From Atribacterota bacterium (GTDB lineage Bacteria > Atribacterota > Phoenicimicrobiia > Phoenicimicrobiales > Stramentimicrobiaceae), in contig JAXGNR010000005.1 of assembly GCA_040767965.1 (NCBI GenBank), forward strand, positions 32,001 to 96,000: DNA of 64,000 bases, given 5' to 3'. Shown here one piece after another: positions 42,982 to 53,351 of this stretch (positions are counted from its first letter, which is position 1; each line of letters begins with the position of its first letter). The notes beneath the pieces were generated by a model. That model ran no database searches and was not told where the DNA came from. It saw nothing but the letters and a program-made list of their open reading frames with translations. Position numbers and translations under genes: made by a program.

Positions 42982-43713
42982 ATGAAAATCTTTGTTATCA
43001 ATCCAAACACTTCAGTGGAGATGACTGCTGGAATAAATCAAATGGCTGTGAAATATGCCCGGGAAGGTACTGAGATTACTACAGTTTCTCCCAAAAAAGG
43101 GCCCAGAACAATTGAAAGTTCGTATGAAGAATCTTTGGTTGCAGAAGGGGTTTTAGAAAGAGTACTTGAAGCCAATCATAAAGATTTTGATGCTATTGTA
43201 ATTGCTTGTTATGGTGACCCTCATTTGCATAGTGCTAAAGAAATTTCTGAAATACCTGTTTTTGGGATTGCAGAAGCTTCTATGCACATGGCTTGTCTAT
43301 TAGGATATAAATTTTCAATTGTAACTGTTTTGGAAAGAGCCAGACCTATTTTTGAAGAACTGGTTAAGCGTACCGGGCTTACCGAAAAATGTGCTTCAAT
43401 TAAAACAACCAGTCTATCAGTAGCTGAATTAGAAAAAGATCCTGGCATAACAGTTCAGGTGTTAATTGAAGCAGCATCTCTGGCGATCAAGGAAGATGGA
43501 GCTGAGGTGATCTGTTTAGGTTGTGCTGGTATGTATGGCCTGGACAAAGAAATTGAAAAATCAATAGGAGTGCCTGTGCTAGATGGGGTAGTATGTGCAG
43601 TTAAAATGGCAGAATCGGCCTATGATTATAATTTAAAGCATTCTAAGATAAAAGCTTATCAAAAACCAGGACCAAAAGAATTTTTAGGAATGAAAGAATT
43701 TGAGATAAAATAG
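42982..43713 (+). CDS. hyuA: Hydantoin racemase (Asp/Glu/hydantoin racemase family)
   Basis: VINPNTS; IACYGDP and LGCAGM catalytic Cys pair; EDGAE. Confidence 0.9.
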   Translation: MKIFVINPNTSVEMTAGINQMAVKYAREGTEITTVSPKKGPRTIESSYEESLVAEGVLERVLEANHKDFDAIVIACYGDPHLHSAKEISEIPVFGIAEASMHMACLLGYKFSIVTVLERARPIFEELVKRTGLTEKCASIKTTSLSVAELEKDPGITVQVLIEAASLAIKEDGAEVICLGCAGMYGLDKEIEKSIGVPVLDGVVCAVKMAESAYDYNLKHSKIKAYQKPGPKEFLGMKEFEIK

Positions 43714-43763
43714 ATTTCGTATTAAAATATTTAGAATAAATATTAGAAGGGATTGGTATTCAT

Positions 43764-45131
43764 ATGAGTAATAAAGTAGATTTAGTTGTAAAGAATGCTA
43801 AAATTGTCAGCCCTGCTGGAATTGTCGAAGCAGGTCTTGCTGTTAAGGGTGAAAAATTTGTGGCTATTGCAAAAGATGAAGAATTGCCCCAAGCTGAAAA
43901 GATAATTGATGCCAAAGGAAATTATGTAATGCCAGGAATAGTAGAGGAACATATTCATATTCTTGACATGAAATTAAATGAATGGGGAGATTATGCCTTT
44001 GATAGTGGATCAGCAGCAGTGGGCGGAGTTACTACTGTTATGGAGATGCCACTAACTGTCCCACCCACCACTACTCTGGAAGCTTTTCTGGAGAAAAAAG
44101 AAGTTGCATCTAAAAAGTTCCGTGTTGATTTTGCCCTGTATGGTGGAGTTGTTCCAGGACAATATCAGGAAGTATGCAAAATGGCAGAAGCAGGGGCAGT
44201 TGGATTCAAATCAATGATGGCCGGTTCAGTTCCCGGAGTATTTGAGGCTTCTGATGATGGTGAGTTACTGGAAGGATTTAGAGCCATAGCAGAATGCGAT
44301 TCGGTTATTACCGTACATTGTGAAAATGATGCCATTATTAATATGCTGGAAAATAAATTGAAAAGCGCTGGCCGTAAAGACATGCAAGCATTTTTTGAAT
44401 CACGTCCAATTTCACAGGAAATTGACTCCATAAAGAGGGCACTATTTTGGGCAGATGTTGCTGGGTGTCATTTGCATGTTGTTCATGTAAGTTGCCCTGA
44501 AGGTATTTCAATTATTAAAGAAGCCAAATACAAAGGACAAAGGGTAACCTGTGAAACTGGCCCACATTATCTAGTATTGAGCCAGGAAGATGGCGACAGG
44601 ATTGGTCCATATATGAAATTTGCACCACCAGCCAGAAGCAAAAAACATACTGAAGAGTTATGGAAACAGCTGGCTAAAGGTGATATTGATACACTTGCTT
44701 CAGACCATGGCCCTCATCCAAAAGAAAATAAAGAAGCAGGATGGAAAGATATCTGGGTTGCCGGAAATGGTGCAATAGGCCTGGAGGCTATTTTACCAGT
44801 AATGCTAAGTGAAGGAGTCAATAAAGGCAGAATATCTTTTGAGAAATTAGTAGAATTATTAAGTCAGAATCCTGCCAGAATATTCGGATTATATCCTCAA
44901 AAGGGAGCTATCCAAATTGGCTCTGATGCTGATTTCGTTATTGTTGACTTGAATAAGGAGTTTGTGATTGATGCTGAAAAGTTCTATTCTAAACAAAAAC
45001 ACAGTCCTTTTAACGGGTTTGAGGGCAAAGGCAAACCGATTATGACAGTTGTCAGGGGAAATATTGTTGCTGAAGAAGGAAAACTATTAAGTGAACCTGG
45101 CTTTGGTAAATTCATATCCCGCAAGAAATAA
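43764..45131 (+). CDS. hyuH: L-hydantoinase (cyclic amidohydrolase)
   Basis: EHIHILDM, EMPLTVPPTTTLEAFLEKK, GFKSMMAGSVPG, RIGPYMK.APP, SDHG, as in Arthrobacter HyuH (recalled). Confidence 0.85.
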   Translation: MSNKVDLVVKNAKIVSPAGIVEAGLAVKGEKFVAIAKDEELPQAEKIIDAKGNYVMPGIVEEHIHILDMKLNEWGDYAFDSGSAAVGGVTTVMEMPLTVPPTTTLEAFLEKKEVASKKFRVDFALYGGVVPGQYQEVCKMAEAGAVGFKSMMAGSVPGVFEASDDGELLEGFRAIAECDSVITVHCENDAIINMLENKLKSAGRKDMQAFFESRPISQEIDSIKRALFWADVAGCHLHVVHVSCPEGISIIKEAKYKGQRVTCETGPHYLVLSQEDGDRIGPYMKFAPPARSKKHTEELWKQLAKGDIDTLASDHGPHPKENKEAGWKDIWVAGNGAIGLEAILPVMLSEGVNKGRISFEKLVELLSQNPARIFGLYPQKGAIQIGSDADFVIVDLNKEFVIDAEKFYSKQKHSPFNGFEGKGKPIMTVVRGNIVAEEGKLLSEPGFGKFISRKK

Positions 45132-45152
45132 AGAAAGGCTTGGAAGATAAAG

Positions 45153-46385
45153 ATGTCAGCAAATTTAGATAATATAAGAAATGACATTGATAAGTTAGCT
45201 GAATTTAACGCTACACCCGCAAATGGTTTAACAAGATTTTCTTATACTGATGAACATCAGAAAGTAAAAGAATACATTTCTCAGGAAATGAAAAAAGCCG
45301 GACTGGAAATATACGAGGATGCAGTTGGAAATTTGTTTGGACAACGTAGTGGGTTGGACAATTCTTTACCGGTGGTGATGGTGGGTTCTCATTTTGATTC
45401 AGTTAAAAATGGTGGAATATTTGATGGTACAGCAGGAGTTGTTGCAGGCCTTGAAATTGCCAGAATTTTGCATAGTAAAAATATCAAGACAAAGTATCCT
45501 ATTTTCATTGCTGCTCTTGTTGAAGAAGAAGGCGGCCGTTTCGGAAGTGGACTTTTTGGTAGCAGAGCAATGATTGGAAAAGTAGCACAGGATGATTTAA
45601 GCCGATATAAAGATGAAAATGGAGTAAGTATTGCAGAAGCAATGCAAAAATTTGGTTTAAAGCCAGAAAACCTGGAGAAAGCCAATAACTGGAAAGATAA
45701 AATAAAATCTTTCATTGAACTCCATATTGAACAAGGTCCAATTCTAGAAAATGAAAAAAAAGATATAGGTATTGTTGAAACAATCGTTGGTATCGCGGCA
45801 TATGAGGTAGAAATTACTGGTAGACCAGATCATGCAGGAACTACACCAATTGACATGAGAGCAAATGCCCTCTTGCTGGCAAGTGCGATTGTGCAATATG
45901 TTGACAAGCTGGCTATTGAAGCCGGAGAAGGGACTGTTGCTACAGTAGGAAAATTGGAAGTATTTCCTGGAGCAGTCAATATTGTTCCCGGGAAAGTTTA
46001 TTTTACCTTTGAAACAAGATCAAGAAACGAGCATAAGGTTGAACATATTGTGAATAGTGTTGAAGGTTTTTTAAAAGAAAAATGCAAAAATGGTCTTACT
46101 TATAATATTAAGAAAATACTATTAAAGAAACCAACACCGCTTTCTCCAAAAATAATCTCAACCATGGAAGAAAATGCAAAAAGATTAAATTTAAATTACA
46201 AAAATATGATTAGTGGTGCCGGACATGATGCTATGTTCATCAGAGAAATAGCGGATACTGGAATGGTATTTGTGCCAAGCAAAAACGGCAGAAGTCATTG
46301 CCCTGAAGAGTGGACCGATTATGAAAAAATAAAAATAGGAACTGATCTAATATATCAAACAGTTTTGGGTTTAGCTGAGATATAA
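45153..46385 (+). CDS. hyuC: N-carbamoyl-L-amino acid amidohydrolase (M20 family)
   Basis: GSHFDSV.NGG.FDG..GV, EEEGGRF, ELHIEQG, HAGTTP, SGAGHDA, SHCPEE. Confidence 0.88.
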   Translation: MSANLDNIRNDIDKLAEFNATPANGLTRFSYTDEHQKVKEYISQEMKKAGLEIYEDAVGNLFGQRSGLDNSLPVVMVGSHFDSVKNGGIFDGTAGVVAGLEIARILHSKNIKTKYPIFIAALVEEEGGRFGSGLFGSRAMIGKVAQDDLSRYKDENGVSIAEAMQKFGLKPENLEKANNWKDKIKSFIELHIEQGPILENEKKDIGIVETIVGIAAYEVEITGRPDHAGTTPIDMRANALLLASAIVQYVDKLAIEAGEGTVATVGKLEVFPGAVNIVPGKVYFTFETRSRNEHKVEHIVNSVEGFLKEKCKNGLTYNIKKILLKKPTPLSPKIISTMEENAKRLNLNYKNMISGAGHDAMFIREIADTGMVFVPSKNGRSHCPEEWTDYEKIKIGTDLIYQTVLGLAEI

Positions 46386-46473
46386 AAATAATTTACAAAA
46401 CACTTTCTGAATTTTCTAGAAAAATACAGAAGAATGTGAATAATAATTCTTATTAAATTAAAGTTCAATTCTT

Positions 46474-46503
46474 ATAAAGGGGGGATAAAAATCCCCTCTT
46501 TAT
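46474..46503. terminator. Terminator after hyuC
   Basis: ATAAAGGGGGGAT / ATCCCCTCTTTAT stem. Confidence 0.7.
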
Positions 46504-46790
46504 TATTTTCAAAATAATAATTATAAAAGATAAAAAAATAGTATATTTTTTAATAAAACGGATTCTTCATGATATATTAAATATATATTAAGTATTAAGG
46601 TATTATTAAGGTAAAATAACATTTAAACAGAGAAAGAGAAAATATAAAATAATTATTTTAAAATTAATGATGGTAAAAAATAATAAATATATATATTTAT
46701 TTGAAAAAGGAAATATTTTCCTGTGGAATATTGTAAAATAATAAAGATAATAGAGATATTCCTGAATATTTCTAAAAAGAAGGATTACAA

Positions 46791-48107
46791 ATGTGTGACA
46801 CGATAATTGCTTTAGGATCTTCCACCGCGCACGGTATTACTTTATTTGGAAAAAATAGTGATAGAGAGCCGGATGAGGCGCAAAATATAAATATTATTCC
46901 TGCTAAAAAACATCAACCAGGGAAAATGGTAGAATGCACGTATCTTAAAATTCCTCAGGCAACTGAAACTTATCGGACAATTCTTTGTCAGCCCTTTTGG
47001 ATGTTTGGAGCAGAAATGGGAGCAAATGAATATGGAGTAGCAATTGGCAATGAAGCTATTTTTACCCGCGAAAATACAATCGCAAATGGACTAACCGGAA
47101 TGGATTTAGTCCGTTTGGCTCTGGAACGAAGCAAAACAGCCCGGCAGGCACTGCATACTATTATCAAACTGCTAGAAGAATATGGACAGGGAGGAAATTG
47201 CGGTTATCGATTTAAGCTTAGCTATATGAATAGTTTTATTATCGCTGATAGGAGAGAAGCTTTTGTTTTGGAAACAGTAAAAAGATGGTGGGCATGGAAA
47301 AAAATTAAACAATTCTGGAGCATTTCCAATGTTATTTCTTTAGAGAAGGATCTAGATGACTGCTCAGAAGGACTTATCAGTAATGCTGTGAAAAAAGGAT
47401 ATTGTAAAAGTGAGCAAGATTTTAATTTTAGAAAATGCTATTCGGGAAAATTGATGACCTGGGCTGCAAAAGGGATAAAAAGGGAACAGCGGTCCCGCGA
47501 ATTGCTTAACCAAAGAAAAAATGCTTTTACAGTAAAAGATTTTCTGAAAATTCTCAGAGACCATGGAGAGAAAAAAAATGACCAGCAATGGAATCCTATA
47601 CAGAATAGTCCTACTATTTGTATGCATGCAGCTGATCAATTGTTCCGTAGAACTCAAACAGTTTGTTCTTTTATTGCACAGTTAGGACCTGATAAAGAAA
47701 TTTTTTATACTACCGGGGCTTCCAATCCTTGTATAAGCGCTTATTTTCCGGTTTTTTTAAATAAAACTTTTTTGCCTGCTAAATATATCAAAGGGAACCA
47801 GTATTATAATAATGATTCTTTTTGGTGGCAGAGTGAGTTATTCCACCGCAATTCCCTGAAAAATTTTCCGGCGGTTGCAGAAAGTATACAACAGGTAATT
47901 AGTGATTATGAAGAAAAAATGATTTCTCACATTGAAAGTAATTACGCGGATATCGGTCAGGGTGCTATAGATAAATTTTTTTTACAGGTAAAAGAAATTA
48001 TTAAATATGGAAATGATCAATTAAAGAATATTGGAAATAGCCCATCTGGCCTGCTCTATCGTCGTTACTGGCATAAATACAACAATATTAATAAAATAAA
48101 TAATTGA
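46791..48107 (+). CDS. C69 family dipeptidase / secernin-like Ntn hydrolase
   Basis: N-terminal MCDT, KNSDRE, GAEMGANEYGVAIGNEA, GMDLVRLALER. Confidence 0.9.
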   Translation: MCDTIIALGSSTAHGITLFGKNSDREPDEAQNINIIPAKKHQPGKMVECTYLKIPQATETYRTILCQPFWMFGAEMGANEYGVAIGNEAIFTRENTIANGLTGMDLVRLALERSKTARQALHTIIKLLEEYGQGGNCGYRFKLSYMNSFIIADRREAFVLETVKRWWAWKKIKQFWSISNVISLEKDLDDCSEGLISNAVKKGYCKSEQDFNFRKCYSGKLMTWAAKGIKREQRSRELLNQRKNAFTVKDFLKILRDHGEKKNDQQWNPIQNSPTICMHAADQLFRRTQTVCSFIAQLGPDKEIFYTTGASNPCISAYFPVFLNKTFLPAKYIKGNQYYNNDSFWWQSELFHRNSLKNFPAVAESIQQVISDYEEKMISHIESNYADIGQGAIDKFFLQVKEIIKYGNDQLKNIGNSPSGLLYRRYWHKYNNINKINN

Positions 48108-48214
48108 ATTTATAAATGCTATTTAAAGATTTTAAATGTATGACAATAAAAAAATAGACAATAAAAATATATTATATTAAATATAACTTAAAAAAGAAAT
48201 GGATTAATTAGCCT

Positions 48215-49255
48215 ATGGAAAGAGAAATAAAACTAACTTCTTTTTTGCCTAAAACAAGATTAGAAGTAAAAGAAACTTTAATTGAAAAACCAAAATTTCC
48301 TTTTATTGACGGTCATTCGCATCTGCAGCTTCTAGGGAAAAAATGGTTTGAAAATCCTATAGAGAAAATGCTTGAAATGATGGATTTTTATGGATTGAAG
48401 GCTGTGGTAGATCTTGATGGATTAAAAAATGATGAGGTTTTACAATCCAATATACATCATTACAAAGAGAATGCCCCGGATCGATTTTATCATATGGCTG
48501 GTATCGAATGGGCACAATGGCCTGTAAAAGGAAATAGTTTTGGGGAATGGGCTGCTGAAAGCGTTGAGAAAAAAATAAAAATTGGCGCTTCAGGCATAAA
48601 AATATGGAAAAACCTTGGTCTGCATATTAAAGATGAAAAACAGGAGTTGGTAAAGGTTGATGATTACAGACTGGATCCCATCTTTGAGAAGGCTGCTCAA
48701 CTACAAATCCCGGTATATATGCATATAGCAGATCCGGTTGCATTTTTTGACCCTGTTGATGAATATAATGAAAGATGGGAAGAGCTAAGCCTAAGACCAG
48801 ACAGATCTTTCCATGGAAAACAATTTCCCTCTTTTCAAAAAATAATTAACCAGTTTGCCAATCTTATCCGACGGCATAAAAATACTATTTTTGTTGGTTG
48901 TCATGTAGCCGGATATGCTGAAAACTTAAGTTGGGTTTCATCTTTATTAGATGAATGTCCAAATCTTTTTATTGATATTTCAGGTAGAATTGGAGAATTG
49001 GGCAGACAGCCTTATACTTCTAGAAGATTCTTTTTAAAACAACAGGATCGAATTATTTTCGGTACTGACAGAATGCCTGAAATCGAATGGTATAAAATTT
49101 ATGCACGTTTTCTGGAAACAGATGATGAGTATTTTAATTATTTTACAACTTATCCTCCGCGACAGGGAAGATGGTTTATTTATGGCCTTAATTTACCGGA
49201 CAGTGTATTAAAAAAGGTCTATACTGAAAATGTCTTAAAAATATTTAAGAAATAG
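48215..49255 (+). CDS. Amidohydrolase_2 family protein
   Basis: IDGHSH, GIKIWK, HIADP, FGTD. Confidence 0.88.
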   Translation: MEREIKLTSFLPKTRLEVKETLIEKPKFPFIDGHSHLQLLGKKWFENPIEKMLEMMDFYGLKAVVDLDGLKNDEVLQSNIHHYKENAPDRFYHMAGIEWAQWPVKGNSFGEWAAESVEKKIKIGASGIKIWKNLGLHIKDEKQELVKVDDYRLDPIFEKAAQLQIPVYMHIADPVAFFDPVDEYNERWEELSLRPDRSFHGKQFPSFQKIINQFANLIRRHKNTIFVGCHVAGYAENLSWVSSLLDECPNLFIDISGRIGELGRQPYTSRRFFLKQQDRIIFGTDRMPEIEWYKIYARFLETDDEYFNYFTTYPPRQGRWFIYGLNLPDSVLKKVYTENVLKIFKK

Positions 49256-49324
49256 AAATAGCAGAATTACTTAATAATATTTTCAAGTTTTAGTTGAAGA
49301 AATAAATAAGAAGGGAGCAGAGCA

Positions 49325-50530
49325 GTGAGTGAATGTGAATACAATTTTGATCAGGTTATCTCCAGAAAAGGTACTTATAGTGCAAAATGGCAGGGGTATG
49401 AAAAAAGATTTACTGGTTATGATGTAAAAGATGCTCTTTGCATGTGGGTAGCTGATATGGATTTTTCTTGTCCGAAGGAGGTAATTGAGGCTGTTCAACA
49501 AAGAGCAGCACATGGTATATACGGATATACTTCTGAAGATGCAGTAATTGCCTTTAAAAAAGCTGCTGCCGGCTGGTTTGAAAGACACTATTTATTTTCA
49601 ACAGAAATAGACTGGATGATATTTATCCCGGGAATTGTGCCTTCAGTAAATTCAGTTATTCAGGAATTTACAAATATTGGAGATGGAGTAATAGTACAAC
49701 AACCTGTCTATTACCCTTTCAGTGATGCAGTTTTAAATTGTGAAAGGAAAATTAGAATTAATCAGCTAAAAGAAGAAGATGGTTATTATACAATAGACTT
49801 CGAAAATTTAGAAAAACTTGCTCAAGAAAAAAATACTAAACTTATTATACTTTGCAATCCCCATAATCCTGTAGGCAGAGTATGGAGCAAAAAAGAGTTG
49901 CTTCAGATTGTGGAAGTATGCCATAAAAATAATGTTATGGTATTTTCTGATGAGATACATGCAGATTTTATTATGGAAGGAAACCAATTTACTTCAGCAG
50001 GTACGTTACCTGTTGAATTTCGCGATAAGCTTATTTTTGCTTTTGCTCCTTCAAAAACATTTAATATTGCCGGATTGGGTGCTTCTTTAATAGTAATTCC
50101 TGATGATAAGATCAGAAAAAGGGCACAAAAAAGAATGACTATGAATCGATATCCCGGATCAAGTGTTTTTGGTCCTATTGCTGGAGAAGCTGCATATTTA
50201 CATGGTGAAAATTATAACAGGGAATTAGTAAAATATATCGAGTCTAATTTTGATTATGTGGTGAAATATTGCGCTGAGGAGTTGAGGGGAATTCAAATAA
50301 AAAAGCCTGAAGGAACCTATCTTGCCTGGTTAGATTTTAGAAAAACGGGAATGATTAATAAAGAAGTTAATTCTTTTGTACTTGAAAAAGCAAAAATTAC
50401 TGTAGATCCGGGAGAATGGTTTGGTTTGGGTGGAGATTGTTTTGTCAGAATGAACCTAGCCTGTCCCAGATCATTTGTGATGGAAGCTATGAATCGCTTG
50501 CAAAATGCACAACATGGTAAATATGCTTAA
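49325..50530 (+). CDS. MalY/PatB family PLP enzyme (cystathionine beta-lyase-like)
   Basis: MWVADMDF, LCNPHNPVGR, SDEIHAD, APSKTFN, GTYLAWLD; GTG start. Confidence 0.92.
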   Translation: MSECEYNFDQVISRKGTYSAKWQGYEKRFTGYDVKDALCMWVADMDFSCPKEVIEAVQQRAAHGIYGYTSEDAVIAFKKAAAGWFERHYLFSTEIDWMIFIPGIVPSVNSVIQEFTNIGDGVIVQQPVYYPFSDAVLNCERKIRINQLKEEDGYYTIDFENLEKLAQEKNTKLIILCNPHNPVGRVWSKKELLQIVEVCHKNNVMVFSDEIHADFIMEGNQFTSAGTLPVEFRDKLIFAFAPSKTFNIAGLGASLIVIPDDKIRKRAQKRMTMNRYPGSSVFGPIAGEAAYLHGENYNRELVKYIESNFDYVVKYCAEELRGIQIKKPEGTYLAWLDFRKTGMINKEVNSFVLEKAKITVDPGEWFGLGGDCFVRMNLACPRSFVMEAMNRLQNAQHGKYA

Positions 50531-50566
50531 ATTTGTTTTTATTTTATTAAAATTGAGGTAAAGCAA

Positions 50567-51097
50567 ATGATAGAGAGAACATTGGTACTAATAAAACCTG
50601 ATGCTGTCAAAAGAAAATTAATTGGAAAAATTATAAGTCGATTTGAGCAGGTAGATTTAACTATAGAGGAAATGAAGCTGATAAATAAACCTGCTTTTAA
50701 TACAGTAGCAAAGCATTACCCCGAAAAAAAGGAATGGTTGCAATTAATAGGTCAAAAAACTATTGAAAGTTATCAAAAATATAACTTTGATTTAAAAAAG
50801 GATTTAGGGACTGAAGACACTTTACAAATTGGTAAGCAGGTCAGAAAATGGCTTATTGAGTATATAACCGAAGGGCCAATAATTGCAATCATTATAACTG
50901 GCAATCATGCCATAGAGATGGTAAGGAAAATGATTGGTCATACTGCTCCGATCTTTGCTGATTTGGGAACTATCAGAGGAGATTTTTCAATAGATTCAGC
51001 TGAGTTTGCAGACAAAGAAGGAAGAGCTATTTATAATTTAGTTCATGCTTCTGGTAATTCTGAAGAGGCCATTGAAGAAATAACTCTTTGGTTTTAA
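50567..51097 (+). CDS. ndk: Nucleoside diphosphate kinase (long-insert type)
   Basis: ERTLVLIKPDAV, GTIRGDF, NLVHAS. Confidence 0.95.
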   Translation: MIERTLVLIKPDAVKRKLIGKIISRFEQVDLTIEEMKLINKPAFNTVAKHYPEKKEWLQLIGQKTIESYQKYNFDLKKDLGTEDTLQIGKQVRKWLIEYITEGPIIAIIITGNHAIEMVRKMIGHTAPIFADLGTIRGDFSIDSAEFADKEGRAIYNLVHASGNSEEAIEEITLWF

Positions 51098-51186
51098 AGA
51101 TTAACATGAGGTCTAAATTACATTTAAAATATCGAATTCAAAATATCATTAAAAGAACTGATATTATTTAAAGAAAGGTTGAGAGA

Positions 51187-52221
51187 ATGGATCCTCTTCT
51201 ATTAGCAATTTTTATTACTCTGGTTTTATTAGTCTTGCTGATGCTGGTACTTTTATTCAGAGGCAACCCTGATAATATATCTAATAAAATTAATACAGTA
51301 ATCAGAGATTATTTTGTTGATTTTCAAAATGATTTACACAGTGAATTAAACTCAACAAGAAGTGAAGTTTCGCGTTCAAAGGATTTGATTTCAGACCATA
51401 CGATTAAAACTATTGAAACAATTAAAGACATGGGGGAAATAATTCATCGTATTATCCAGCAGCAGGAAGAAGCACAAAAACTAGGACAATCTTTAAAGGA
51501 TATTTTGCAGACACCAAAGCTAAGAGGAAATTATGGAGAAGTTATTCTGGAAGAAATATTGGACAGAGTATTGCCGAAAGGAATTTGGGAAAGGCAGTAC
51601 TCTATTAATGGCAGAGAACAGGTAGATGCGGTTGTTAAAATCCGTGACATAATAATACCTATTGATGCCAAATATCCTCGTGATGATTATCAGAGATATT
51701 TGGAAATGACCAGTAAAGAAGAAAAAGCAAGGTGCTGGAAAAATTATGAAAATGCTTTAAAGAGTCAAATTTTAAGTATTAAAAATAAATATATTCTTCC
51801 TGAAAAAGGGACATCTGAATTTGCTTTGATGTTTATACCATCTGAGGCTATTTATTATGAAACCATTGCTGAAAAAAATTTTTTAGGAGATCCTTCAAAA
51901 ATTTACGAATTTGCCCAGGAAAATAATGTTATCCCTGTAAGCCCCAATACTTTTTATGCTTTTTTACAAATAATAGTGATCAGTATCCGGAATTTGGATA
52001 TTATTAAGAATGCTAAAAAACTGCAGACAAGCTTAACCACAATTCAGAAGTCTTTTGACCAGTTTTATAATAAGTATGAAGAAATTGGGAAAAATATTGA
52101 GAAGGCACAGGATTCATATCGTGTAGGGAGTGGTCATATCGATCGTTATAAACGTAACCTTGATAAAACATTGCAATTAACTGAACTTTCAATGGAAGAT
52201 GAACAATATCCGCCTGAATAA
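51187..52221 (+). CDS. rmuC: DNA recombination protein RmuC
   Basis: N-terminal TM, RGNYGEVIL, IDAKYP, FALMFIPSE, VSPNT. Confidence 0.92.
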   Translation: MDPLLLAIFITLVLLVLLMLVLLFRGNPDNISNKINTVIRDYFVDFQNDLHSELNSTRSEVSRSKDLISDHTIKTIETIKDMGEIIHRIIQQQEEAQKLGQSLKDILQTPKLRGNYGEVILEEILDRVLPKGIWERQYSINGREQVDAVVKIRDIIIPIDAKYPRDDYQRYLEMTSKEEKARCWKNYENALKSQILSIKNKYILPEKGTSEFALMFIPSEAIYYETIAEKNFLGDPSKIYEFAQENNVIPVSPNTFYAFLQIIVISIRNLDIIKNAKKLQTSLTTIQKSFDQFYNKYEEIGKNIEKAQDSYRVGSGHIDRYKRNLDKTLQLTELSMEDEQYPPE

Positions 52222-52299
52222 CTATTATCAAATAGTAAATGATAAAATAAAAATGAAGGATGAAGTTCATGGATTCAGCTGGTATTTCAGGATGTGAAC

Positions 52300-53328
52300 A
52301 TGAAAAAATATTTACCATTAGGAAAATTAGAATACAAATTACTTGCCGGATTATTAAAAAAATACGAAAACAAGCATGATAAAAGGGTTGTGGTAGGACC
52401 CAGGATTGGGGAAGACGCAGCTGTTATTGAGTATCCTGACCGATATCTGGTTGCTAAAACTGATCCTGTAACATTTGCTACCGAAGAAATAGGCTGGTAT
52501 GCAGTACAGATCAATGCCAACGATATTGCTACCAGAGGTGCAATCCCTAAATGGTTTCAGGCAACTATTCTTTTACCTGAAAACAAAACAAATTCAGAAA
52601 TTATTGATAAGATCTTTTATCAGATTTATACCGCTTGTCGACAATTAAATGTAACAGTTATCGGAGGACATACCGAAATCAGTTATAATCTGGATAGACC
52701 GATTATTGTTGGGAATATGTTAGGGGAAGTTGCTAAAAATAGACTAGTCTCCACTGCCGGGGCACTGTCTGGAGATTCTATTATTCTCACAAAAGGAATT
52801 ATCATTGAAGGGACTTCCATTATAGCAAGAGAAAAAGAAAGCGATTTGCTAAAAAAAGGATATGATATAGATTTTATAAAAAGATGTCAGAATTTTCTAT
52901 ACAACCCTGGACTGTCTGTACTGCAAGATGCTATTGTTGCTTGTAAAACAGAAGTGCATGCTATGCATGATCCTACAGAAGGAGGAATAGCAGCAGGATT
53001 AAGCGAGATTGCTATTGCCTCTCAAACAGGGTTACTGGTAGAAGAAGATAAAATTAAGATTCTTGAAGAGTCTGCAATAATATGTCAGGAGTACAATTTA
53101 GATCCCTTAAAGACTATTGCTTCTGGATCATTGCTGGTAGTAGTTCCTCCCAAAAAAGCTAACCAGACTATCAATAATTTGCAGAAAAAAGGAATAAAAG
53201 CTTTTTTGATCGGTGAAATTAAAGAAAAAGATTTTGGAGTTAAAATTATAAAAAAAGGGAAAATAGTAGATTTAGAATTTTCTGCAAAAGACGAAATTAC
53301 TAAAATATTTGAATTGAAAAAAGTATGA
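52300..53328 (+). CDS. AIR synthase family (HypE/ThiL-like) protein
   Basis: GEDAAV, TDPVT, NDIA, GGHTE, MHDPTEGG; ORF track start is GTG 52294. Confidence 0.88.
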   Translation: MKKYLPLGKLEYKLLAGLLKKYENKHDKRVVVGPRIGEDAAVIEYPDRYLVAKTDPVTFATEEIGWYAVQINANDIATRGAIPKWFQATILLPENKTNSEIIDKIFYQIYTACRQLNVTVIGGHTEISYNLDRPIIVGNMLGEVAKNRLVSTAGALSGDSIILTKGIIIEGTSIIAREKESDLLKKGYDIDFIKRCQNFLYNPGLSVLQDAIVACKTEVHAMHDPTEGGIAAGLSEIAIASQTGLLVEEDKIKILEESAIICQEYNLDPLKTIASGSLLVVVPPKKANQTINNLQKKGIKAFLIGEIKEKDFGVKIIKKGKIVDLEFSAKDEITKIFELKKV

Positions 53329-53351
53329 CAGCTTTATAGAAGGAGAAAATA

